A stretch of 64,000 bases of DNA. Origin: an uncultured Bacillales bacterium. Lineage in GTDB: Bacteria > Bacillota_I > Bacilli_A > RF39 > UBA660. Below are positions 56,414-64,000 of this stretch, piece by piece (within the stretch, counting starts at the first letter, position 1; every line of letters starts with the position of its first letter). Position numbers and translations under genes: made by a program. The stretch covers positions 11,195-75,194 of the forward strand of contig CATLHA010000002.1 of assembly GCA_949948745.1 (NCBI GenBank), given 5' to 3'. The notes under the pieces were generated by a model, which was given only the letters and a program-made list of their open reading frames with translations, was not told the DNA's origin and ran no database searches.

Positions 56414-57235
56414 TTACATTGCATCATGAAAAATAATCGTACGTTCTACAATACGCTTTACATCGCGTTCATTAAATGGTTTATTTAAAACATCAACAAT
56501 TGGATATGTAAATGCTTTTTCTATCATTTCCTTAGAAGCCTCTCCAGTAATTACTGATGTAGGTATTTTTAAGAAAAGATTATGTGTTTTTAAATATTCC
56601 AAAACCTCAAATCCATCAATATTTGGCATATTTAAATCTAAAAGCATCCCAACAATGTTACTATTATTGGCATTTCCCATAATAATAGAAAGTGCTTCCT
56701 TTCCATCTTGTGCTACCAACACCTCATAAGTATCATTAAATATCTTTTGAATAAAATTACGAACTACATTAGAATCATCTACTACTAAAATGGTTTTATC
56801 TCTTACTACAGAATCCTTCACTGGAGCAGTATCGGAAGTTGTAGCTATACCAAGATACTCTCTAGCAATACGAAGAGCTTTTTCAGCTTCCATCATAAGT
56901 TCATCAAAATGATCTGTTACATAGTACATATCATTTGCTTTACTTTGAAGTTCATGTTGATATGCCATTTCTCCCAAAGTTTCAAATCCAAAATAACGAG
57001 CATCACTTTTTAATGAATGAACTAATATTGCATAATTAGCCATATCTGAAACTTCTTTATATTCCTTAATCTTTTTAAGTTTTTCTGGAACATCAGACAC
57101 AAAATCTTTTAATGTACCATTATATGTTTCTATATCTCCGAAAAGTTCTAAACTCTTTTCAATATTCACACCATTTGAAATTAAAAATTCTTTATCTTTC
57201 ATATTCTCACATCCTATTCTTTTACAGTATAGCAT
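56414..57235 (-). CDS. Hpt domain - response regulator receiver (REC) fusion protein
   Basis: Hpt motif HSLKSDARYFG in the N-terminal half; REC ILVVDDSNVVRN…LLDLNMPNIDGFEVL in the C-terminal half. The start may be MKDKEF at ~57202. Confidence 0.65.
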   Translation of the reverse strand: MLYCKRIGCENMKDKEFLISNGVNIEKSLELFGDIETYNGTLKDFVSDVPEKLKKIKEYKEVSDMANYAILVHSLKSDARYFGFETLGEMAYQHELQSKANDMYYVTDHFDELMMEAEKALRIAREYLGIATTSDTAPVKDSVVRDKTILVVDDSNVVRNFIQKIFNDTYEVLVAQDGKEALSIIMGNANNSNIVGMLLDLNMPNIDGFEVLEYLKTHNLFLKIPTSVITGEASKEMIEKAFTYPIVDVLNKPFNERDVKRIVERTIIFHDAM

Positions 57236-57277
57236 AAGAAAAAAAAGATTGCTAGTAATTTGACAATCTTTTATAGG

Positions 57278-57706
57278 CTATAAGTCTAATTCTGTAATAA
57301 TTTCAATTCCATTTTCTTTAAATAAAGAAGCAGTCACTCCATCTCCATCAATCAAATTATGAGAAAATGTTCCATCATAAATTTTTCCACTTCCACAAGA
57401 TGGACTTTTTGCTTTTAATAGTGCTTTTTTTACCCCAAGCTTTTTCGCTAAATTTAAAGATTCTAAGGCACCTTTTTGAAACGCCTCTGTTACATTATCT
57501 CCATTTTCTGTAAACACTTGATTTCCATTTCTTTCAGCAGCAGCTCTAGGAGTAGATAACCCTCCCCATACTTCTGGACAAATAGGAATCACTTCTTTAT
57601 CTTTTAGGTATTCAAACACCTTATCATTTTCATTATTTCCACCACTATATTTACAATTGACTCCAAGTAAACATGCGCTAACTAATATTTTTTCTTTCAT
57701 AAACAA
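57278..57706 (-). CDS. DUF523 (TudS/YbbK-like) protein
   Basis: CPEVWGGLSTPR and SPSCGSGKIYDG motifs. Confidence 0.7.
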   Translation of the reverse strand: MFMKEKILVSACLLGVNCKYSGGNNENDKVFEYLKDKEVIPICPEVWGGLSTPRAAAERNGNQVFTENGDNVTEAFQKGALESLNLAKKLGVKKALLKAKSPSCGSGKIYDGTFSHNLIDGDGVTASLFKENGIEIITELDL

Positions 57707-57720
57707 CCTCTATTATTTTT

Positions 57721-59208
57721 TTAATTCTTCTTATAAACTGGAAGAGATTCTAAAATTTTCTGTTTTGCATAAGTTGTCTGTGCTTTTTCTACCCAGTCAC
57801 TGTTTGGACCATAAGAAATTGCATTCGTCAAGAATCGAACACGGTCCTTTGTATGAAGTACATAATCAAGTGGTACTTCTTTATCGTTAACAATTACTTT
57901 GTCGATAGTGTTTCCAAATTTTGGATCTGTTTTATAAGCCAAATCAAGAGGAGTTGCTCCTTCAGGAAGTTCAATTAATTTTCCACCTAATCCATAAACA
58001 TATACTTTGTCTGATAGAATTTCTTTTCTTACTTGAGAAACAAAATCATGATTATCTACAAATTTATGATTAATTTCTAATAAGGAATCATAAAACTGAT
58101 ATTTTTCTCTTACTTGTTGTTGCATAATTTCTCTTTCATTTCCATCATGCATTCCCCAATAAGCAGCAAGTCCAAATGACGCAACCTTGTCCATATCAAA
58201 AGTACGAATTTGCATTTGAACCAAACGATCATCCGGTCCAAAAACAGTTGTATGTAAGGAACGATATTGATTTGTCTTTGGATTACAAATATAATCTTTC
58301 ATTTTTCCATTATACGGCTTATATGTCTCATGAATTGGTCTTAATAGTAAGTAACAACGATCTACTTCATCTACCATAATTTTAAATGAAATTAAGTCAT
58401 GAATGTTATCCAAAGTACGACCTCTTTTTAATCGTTTATAAACACTACAAATGTTTTTCATACGAACTTTTACTTCACTAGGAGCATCTTCACATGAAAG
58501 AATTTCATATATTTTTCCTAACATTTCTTCAATACAAGGAGTACTTGCCTTTTCTATTTCTTCCATCTTTTCTTTTAATTCTTGATACTCTTCAGGTTGA
58601 AGATAACGTAAAGATAAATCTTCTAACTCTGTTTTAATTCGATAAGCACCTAGCATATACGCAATTGGAACATATAATTCCATTGTTTCAAGTGCATTTT
58701 CTCTTTGCTTTTCTCTGCTTTTAAATTGAAGTGTTCTCATATTATGAAGACGATCGGCTAGCTTAATCATAATGGTTCGAATATCCTTTGCCAAAGTAAG
58801 AATAATTTTCCTTGTATTCGCTAAACGTTCTTCCTCTTTAGTAGAGAAATTAAGCTTACTAATTTTGGTAACCCCATCTACCATGACAGAAACATCTATT
58901 CCAAACATTTCTTCTATCTTAGAAACTGTAATATCTGTATCTTCTACAACATCATGAAGTAATCCAGCACAAATCGTATCACAATCAACATGTAACTCTG
59001 CTAAAATATAAGCAACACTAATTGGGTGAATGATATATGGTTCACCACTTTGCCTAAACTGTCCTTGATGGAGGCTATTCGCAAGTTCATAAGCACGTTT
59101 AATTTTTTCAATTTCCTCTTCCGTGTACTCAGAAGAAATCAACCATAATAATTTTTCATAGGTAACCCCATCTGTTTTCATTTGTTCAATATCCAATAAA
59201 TACTTCAT
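57721..59208 (-). CDS. RelA/SpoT-family (p)ppGpp synthetase/hydrolase, short form (HD + synthetase + TGS, no ACT)
   Basis: HD LLHDVVEDT, synthetase …YRSLHTTV…, TGS-like C-terminus; start at MKYLL after SD GGAGGAGGAG (the track start is a TTG inside the SD). Confidence 0.8.
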   Translation of the reverse strand: MKYLLDIEQMKTDGVTYEKLLWLISSEYTEEEIEKIKRAYELANSLHQGQFRQSGEPYIIHPISVAYILAELHVDCDTICAGLLHDVVEDTDITVSKIEEMFGIDVSVMVDGVTKISKLNFSTKEEERLANTRKIILTLAKDIRTIMIKLADRLHNMRTLQFKSREKQRENALETMELYVPIAYMLGAYRIKTELEDLSLRYLQPEEYQELKEKMEEIEKASTPCIEEMLGKIYEILSCEDAPSEVKVRMKNICSVYKRLKRGRTLDNIHDLISFKIMVDEVDRCYLLLRPIHETYKPYNGKMKDYICNPKTNQYRSLHTTVFGPDDRLVQMQIRTFDMDKVASFGLAAYWGMHDGNEREIMQQQVREKYQFYDSLLEINHKFVDNHDFVSQVRKEILSDKVYVYGLGGKLIELPEGATPLDLAYKTDPKFGNTIDKVIVNDKEVPLDYVLHTKDRVRFLTNAISYGPNSDWVEKAQTTYAKQKILESLPVYKKN

Positions 59209-59237
59209 AAATAACTCCTCCTCCAAAAACAAAAGAA

Positions 59238-59272
59238 CACATAAGCACCCAAAAGCTTATATGTTCTTATCT
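59238..59272 (-). terminator. terminator hairpin downstream of obg, abutting the relA SD
   Basis: GAACATATAAGC-TTTTGGGT-GCTTATGTGTTC plus a T-run on the minus strand. Confidence 0.5.
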
Positions 59273-59426
59273 GAAATAGTACATACAAAAGAACAAAATT
59301 GTACTTTTTTAATTTTAGAAAATAAAAAAAGAATATTTCCACTCATAGTACCACCTCAAAATAATATTAAAATCCATATTATCACCCTAGGTATTAGAAT
59401 GTCAATATCTTTTTTCTTATTTTTCA

Positions 59427-60710
59427 TTATTTACGATATTCAAAATCAAAATCTAATAAATGAACAATATCTCCCTCTTGAGCACCAAGTTCTTCTAATT
59501 TATCATCGATTCCCATTTTACGAAGTCTCTTAGTAAAACGAGCAATTCCTTCATCTGTTTGGAAGTTTGCCATTCTAAATATTTTTTCAACTTCATCTCC
59601 ATGAATTGTAAAATCTCCATTATCTTCTCTTGTAATGGTATAAGGTTCTTCTTTCTTAAATTTATATAAGACATGTCCTTCCATTTGGTCTTCATCATAA
59701 AGAGGAGTCTCCAAAGTAGAATCTAATAAATCTGCTAAAGCAGTTAAAACAGGATCTAATCCCTCTTGATTCATCGCACTAACAGGATAAATAGGAGCAT
59801 CTACTTTTTCCTTAAATTTTTTCAAGTTTTCTTCGGCACCTTCTAAATCCATCTTATTCGCAATAATAATTTGAGGTTTTTGAATTAATTTTTCGCTGAA
59901 GGATTTTAATTCATTCTGAATTACTTGATAATCTTCATATGGATCTCTTCCTTCAAATCCTGACATATCTAGTACATGAGCAATAACTCTAGTTCTTTCA
60001 ATATGACGTAAGAATCTGTCACCCAATCCTTCTCCTTGACTAGCTCCTTCAATTAATCCTGGTAAATCAGCCATAACAAAACTACGTCCATCATTGGCTT
60101 TTACAACACCTAAATTTGGAGTTAATGTCGTAAAATGATAAGCAGCTATTTTAGGTTTTGATCTAGACACTTGTGAAATAATCGTACTTTTTCCAACACT
60201 AGGAAGACCAACTAAACCAACATCAGCTAGAAGTTTTAATTCTACTTTTAAATATTTTACTTCTCCAGGTTCTCCTTTTTCACAGAAATTAGGTGCTGGG
60301 TTGCTTTGTGTTTTAAAAGCAGTATTACCACGACCACCACGTCCACCATAAGCAACAATGACTTCATCTTCTTTTCCTCTCATATCTGCAACAACAAAGC
60401 CACTATCTAAATCTGTAACTACTGTTCCTTGTGGTACACGAATAATCACATCTTCACTGTTTTTTCCATGACAATTTTTACCTTCTCCATTCGCTCCCTT
60501 TTTTCCTTTAATAATTCGATTATAACGTAAATCCAATAATGTATGAAGACCAGTATCTACTTTAAAAACAATATTACTTCCACGTCCACCATTTCCACCA
60601 AATGGACCTCCCATCGGAATATATTTCTCACGCCTAAAAGCAAGACAACCATCTCCGCCATTTCCAGCATGAACCTCTATTGTTACTTCATCTATAAACA
60701 TAAGTACCAC
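59427..60710 (-). CDS. obg: GTPase Obg
   Basis: Obg fold N-terminus MFIDEVTIEVHAGNGGDG; G1 GLPSVGKST; OCT domain. Confidence 0.9.
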   Translation of the reverse strand: MVLMFIDEVTIEVHAGNGGDGCLAFRREKYIPMGGPFGGNGGRGSNIVFKVDTGLHTLLDLRYNRIIKGKKGANGEGKNCHGKNSEDVIIRVPQGTVVTDLDSGFVVADMRGKEDEVIVAYGGRGGRGNTAFKTQSNPAPNFCEKGEPGEVKYLKVELKLLADVGLVGLPSVGKSTIISQVSRSKPKIAAYHFTTLTPNLGVVKANDGRSFVMADLPGLIEGASQGEGLGDRFLRHIERTRVIAHVLDMSGFEGRDPYEDYQVIQNELKSFSEKLIQKPQIIIANKMDLEGAEENLKKFKEKVDAPIYPVSAMNQEGLDPVLTALADLLDSTLETPLYDEDQMEGHVLYKFKKEEPYTITREDNGDFTIHGDEVEKIFRMANFQTDEGIARFTKRLRKMGIDDKLEELGAQEGDIVHLLDFDFEYRK

Positions 60711-60774
60711 TCCTTTCTTTTATAAACAAAATCTATTCAAAGTATATCATGTTTAAAAATAATATACTACGACT

Positions 60775-61194
60775 TTAAATTTTATTTCTATATTTTACAT
60801 ATTGATTTAAATGATTTTCTTCTTCTTGATAGAATGCATGAAGCGCACATTTTCTACTTTTAAAATTTTCTGGATGAATAATTAAACGTGTTCCAGAAAT
60901 CATTGGAAACTTAAAAAAAGAAAAATCTGTTGCCTGCGATAATAAAGCACTTCCATAATGATATCCACGATAATCGGGATGAATCGCATATCGAAGTTCT
61001 AACATATGATCAAAAGATAATTCATAGAAATGAAGATACCCAATTGGTCTTCTTCCGTCTATTGATACAATATAACTATTTCCTATTTCTATTTTTTCAG
61101 GATTTCTAGGTTCTTTTAGTAACTCATCAAAAGAACCAGACAATAAATTACATACTAAAATATCTTCTTTCATTTCATCAACAAAACGAACCAT
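60775..61194 (-). CDS. GNAT-like N-acetyltransferase, tentative
   Basis: IHPDYRGYHYGSAL resembles GNAT motif A. Confidence 0.4.
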   Translation of the reverse strand: MVRFVDEMKEDILVCNLLSGSFDELLKEPRNPEKIEIGNSYIVSIDGRRPIGYLHFYELSFDHMLELRYAIHPDYRGYHYGSALLSQATDFSFFKFPMISGTRLIIHPENFKSRKCALHAFYQEEENHLNQYVKYRNKI

Positions 61195-61639
61195 CTAAAT
61201 ATTTTTTTAAAGGTGTTTCCAGTACTTCTATTTCAATAGCTTTCTCATCAAGTCCCCAACCTAAATTTATGGTTTTACCTTCTTGAAACAGATAAAAAGG
61301 AATTACTTCACAAGTATCCTTATTATAAAAAGAAGCAACATTAATATGATCAGGAGGAAGTATATAATCGATAGTAAATTCTGTGTTACTCCTTTTTGTT
61401 TTCTCTTTTGGTACATCAAAAGTTAATACGCATAATTCATTCGGATTTAACTTGTGGTATAAAAATAGCCACCATACCTTAAGTGTATAATAATTAGCAG
61501 TAAAACATATAACTTCTCTATTGTCTCCAACACTACGGCTTCTTTCTCCACATTGTGGAATTAATCCTTTTGCTCCTATACCATCTTCACCATATAAATT
61601 TTTTACTTGAGTTAAGTGATATCCCTTCATGACTTCCAT
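61178..61639 (-). CDS. hypothetical protein (153 aa)
   Basis: ORF only. Confidence 0.4.
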   Translation of the reverse strand: MEVMKGYHLTQVKNLYGEDGIGAKGLIPQCGERSRSVGDNREVICFTANYYTLKVWWLFLYHKLNPNELCVLTFDVPKEKTKRSNTEFTIDYILPPDHINVASFYNKDTCEVIPFYLFQEGKTINLGWGLDEKAIEIEVLETPLKKYLDGSFC

Positions 61640-61730
61640 CCCCTATAAACGGTGGATATTATACCACAATTTACCTTCTACATCAACACTAACTATTGAC
61701 ACACTAACTATTGACACACTCATACTGTAA

Positions 61731-62141
61731 CTATAAATTTTTTTCAAAAACAACTACTGCTTGTTTTAATAATCCTCTTTCATCCTCATGAGAAATTAAA
61801 TGTAGTGCTTCTTTAATATTTATAAATTTTGCTTCAGATACTTCTGTAACTTGAGGAATAATATGATCCCCAACTGGCATTCCTAGAAAAAAGACAACAT
61901 CTTTTTCCACACCTGAAGAAGGAGAATAAGTAATTACTTTTCTAAAATCAGAAACAATCGTAGATTCAATTCCTGTTTCTTCAAACACTTCACGAATTGC
62001 TGTTTCTTCTTCTGTTTCATCAAGCTCTACATGCCCTTTTGGAAATCCCCAATGACCTAGATTATGATGAACTAATAACACTTCAACATCTTCTAAATTC
62101 TTACGAAATACAATAACACCACATGATTTTTCTCGTTTCAT
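61731..62141 (-). CDS. Nudix hydrolase
   Basis: GFPKGHVELDETEEETAIREVFEETGI. Confidence 0.8.
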   Translation of the reverse strand: MKREKSCGVIVFRKNLEDVEVLLVHHNLGHWGFPKGHVELDETEEETAIREVFEETGIESTIVSDFRKVITYSPSSGVEKDVVFFLGMPVGDHIIPQVTEVSEAKFINIKEALHLISHEDERGLLKQAVVVFEKNL

Positions 62142-62190
62142 ATAACCAACTCCTTTTGTTTTTTTATTAAGAAAAAAAGAATAGTCGAAA

Positions 62191-62481
62191 CTATTCTTCT
62201 ACAGCATAAACACTAGCTTGCTTTTTATCTCTACCTACACGTTCAAATTTAACGATTCCGCTAACTTTAGCGTATAATGTATCATCATTTCCACGACCAA
62301 CATTATTTCCTGGGAATATTTTAGTTCCTCTTTGACGATAGATAATAGAACCAGCAGTAACGAATTCACCGTCAGCAGCTTTAGCTCCTAATCTACGTCC
62401 AGCAGAATCACGACCATTTGATGTAGAACCTTGTCCTTTATGGTGAGCAAAGTATTGAATATTTAATACTAATCTGTTCAT
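62191..62481 (-). CDS. rpmA: 50S ribosomal protein L27 (with cleavable N-terminal propeptide)
   Basis: …[26 protein letters not shown]…; an N-terminal extension of the Firmicutes type. Confidence 0.9.
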   Translation of the reverse strand: MNRLVLNIQYFAHHKGQGSTSNGRDSAGRRLGAKAADGEFVTAGSIIYRQRGTKIFPGNNVGRGNDDTLYAKVSGIVKFERVGRDKKQASVYAVEE

Positions 62482-62493
62482 TCTTTTTCCTCC

Positions 62494-62796
62494 CTACTTA
62501 ACTATAATATTTTTTGGATAACTTTCTGATAATTCTTCCAATAAAGAAATCATATTTTCAATTAACTTATAACAGATTTCATCTTTTTCTAAAATTTGAA
62601 TCATCATCATATCTTTTTTTTCAGTAACTGTTAGATAATTAGAACGAATTTTTAAGATACCATTTACTGTCGTAATCACAATACTACTAACACTACTACA
62701 AACAATGTCTTTTCCAAAATCAGCATAATTTGCATGTCCTGAAATGGTAACTTTACTTATTGTCTTATCTTCTCTCTCGACATTTACTTTAATCAT
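62494..62796 (-). CDS. prp: ribosomal-processing cysteine protease Prp (DUF464)
   Basis: SGHANYADFGKDIVCSSVSSIV motif; sits between rplU and rpmA. Confidence 0.8.
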   Translation of the reverse strand: MIKVNVEREDKTISKVTISGHANYADFGKDIVCSSVSSIVITTVNGILKIRSNYLTVTEKKDMMMIQILEKDEICYKLIENMISLLEELSESYPKNIIVK

Positions 62797-62801
62797 TAAA
62801 C

Positions 62802-63104
62802 TTACCCATTAATTTTTTTAATTTCAACTTTTGTATAAGGTTGTCTGTGTCCAAGAGTTCTTCTATTACTTCTGTCTTTTGATTTATACTTGAAGACACG
62901 AATTTTTTTACTCTTTCCTTGTTTTAAAACAACACCCTCAACAGTTGCATTCTTAACGTAAGGATTTCCTACTTTACTATCAAGCATTAAAACCTCATCA
63001 AAAACAACTTTGTCTCCCTCGTTTAAAGCTAATTTTTCAACGAAAACTACACTTCCTTCAGAAACAAGATATTGTTTACCACCTGTTTTAATAACTGCGT
63101 TCAT
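62802..63104 (-). CDS. rplU: 50S ribosomal protein L21
   Basis: [17 protein letters not shown]…. Confidence 0.9.
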   Translation of the reverse strand: MNAVIKTGGKQYLVSEGSVVFVEKLALNEGDKVVFDEVLMLDSKVGNPYVKNATVEGVVLKQGKSKKIRVFKYKSKDRSNRRTLGHRQPYTKVEIKKING

Positions 63105-63306
63105 GAATATACCTCCTTTATTAGTTTTCTAGACTCACTCTTAAGGTAGTCATTTGACTTTTTGAACCTTTTCAATGTGGTTTGATTCCTATAAAGGCTT
63201 CAAACATCTAAAATATTATCATAGAAAAAAGTAAAAGTCAATGAATTTTTCATTAGATATCCTTTATTTAAAAGAAAAATATGTAGAATAACCACATATT
63301 TTAAAT

Positions 63307-64000
63307 CTATCTTCCTGAGAAATATTTCTTAACCTTATTTCTAGTATTTTCATATTTATCATCGTAAAAACATCCTGTATAAAAATATCCCTGATTTTCT
63401 TCATTATATGTATTTCTTGATGCAGAATAAAATTCTTTATCTCTCCCACTATCAATTAAAGATGAAAAAATCATATCTTTAGAAACTCCTGCTTTTTCCA
63501 ATTGTCTACGAATAACTGTTTCAATGTCGATATAGAAATGTCCACGATAGTCTGTAACAATTCCATTACCCCAAACATTATTATAATTTTTCATCCATTC
63601 TGGAAAACCACATCGATCAATAAAAGAATCCCTAGAAGCATGAGGACCCATATAGACAGAAATATCCTTTGTCTTAGTATCCGCTTCTTCTCTTAAAGAT
63701 TCAATTAATTGAATTGGAAGTTCTCTATCAATATACTCTCCACCACAATAACAAACTGCTGCTAACTGTTTTTTATTATCTTTAGCTACAAGTACTGGAC
63801 AATCAGAAACTGGATAGGCAACCGCCACCTTTGGAACCTTAGGATGAATCATTACAATATCTGCAAAAACATAGAAATCCTGAAGATCAGTAAAAGAATG
63901 AATCATATCTTTTGTAATTTTAACATAAGCACCATCTGGATAACTAGTAAACTTGCTTCTTTTTCCGCCAAAATTTTTTTCCGCAGAATATTCTGTTTTT
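63307..64000 (-). CDS. hypothetical protein, 5' end outside window; possibly divergent YfiH/PgeF (DUF152)-like
   Basis: The reading frame stays open upstream of the track's ATG (63906) to the window edge. VSDCPVLVA and YMGPHAS weakly resemble YfiH ADCxPVL / GP motifs. Confidence 0.3.
   Translation of the reverse strand, partial: KTEYSAEKNFGGKRSKFTSYPDGAYVKITKDMIHSFTDLQDFYVFADIVMIHPKVPKVAVAYPVSDCPVLVAKDNKKQLAAVCYCGGEYIDRELPIQLIESLREEADTKTKDISVYMGPHASRDSFIDRCGFPEWMKNYNNVWGNGIVTDYRGHFYIDIETVIRRQLEKAGVSKDMIFSSLIDSGRDKEFYSASRNTYNEENQGYFYTGCFYDDKYENTRNKVKKYFSGR

Noticed and set aside
63264-63455. 63-aa ORF overlapping the 3' end of the YfiH-like gene
   Set aside because: It is in an alternative frame fully inside a longer ORF, with no SD.
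1-64000. Mycoplasma-type genetic code (TGA = Trp)
   Set aside because: Several well-conserved genes end at TGA (e.g. ftsA at ~51150, the 122-aa gene at 39100, the 250-aa gene at 23136). Conserved proteins are full length under the standard code.

Overview
This 64-kb window is AT-rich, low-GC Firmicutes-type chromosome that uses the standard genetic code; TGA and TAG occur as stop codons, so it is not a code-4 Mollicute. Every credible gene but one lies on the minus strand, and genes are densely packed with frequent start/stop overlaps. Housekeeping blocks that I recognise with confidence are: pheS-pheT behind a Phe-specific T-box leader; infC-rpmI-rplT behind an L20 autoregulatory leader and running straight into rpsB-tsf; frr; ppdK; topA; a XerC/D-type recombinase; ftsA-ftsZ; queH; yebC; a short RelA/SpoT homologue; obg; and rplU-prp-rpmA. 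Enzymes with clear motifs include an M32 carboxypeptidase, an S51 peptidase, two Nudix hydrolases, a two-gene ABC exporter, a PfkB sugar kinase, a GT39 (PMT-like) membrane glycosyltransferase, a DagK-family lipid kinase, a DUF523 protein and two 2-hydroxyacid-dehydrogenase paralogs. Three accessory regions stand out. First, the left ~8.3 kb is one translationally coupled operon: a P-loop kinase-like protein, a GT-B glycosyltransferase, an unknown 462-aa protein, a CYTH-like protein and a giant ORF of more than 1511 aa that runs off the window edge. The giant ORF carries a GlnE/GlnD-style Pol-beta nucleotidyltransferase signature and ~150-aa internal repeats. Second, a 1054-aa vWA plus DUF285/BspA-repeat surface protein has a promoter with a G9 homopolymer in an 18-nt -35/-10 spacer, the classic phase-variation design, together with highly repetitive intragenic DNA. 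Third, three unannotatable genes (335, 693 and 259 aa) sit between topA and the Xer recombinase and are translationally coupled to it. Other oddities follow. Both r-proteins S2 and L20 carry near-identical C-terminal Rho_N-like tails, from a duplicated ~70-nt DNA module. pyrH is missing between tsf and frr, replaced by the only plus-strand gene (a DUF3419/SAM-methyltransferase-like protein). The convergent stop codons of that gene and tsf sit inside a perfect palindrome. A PMT-like O-glycosyltransferase lies two genes from a membrane protein with a long Pro/Thr linker. The IF3 gene probably uses a non-AUG start. No tRNA or rRNA genes, CRISPR array or obvious transposase was seen. Coordinates I derived by hand may be off by 1 nt in places.
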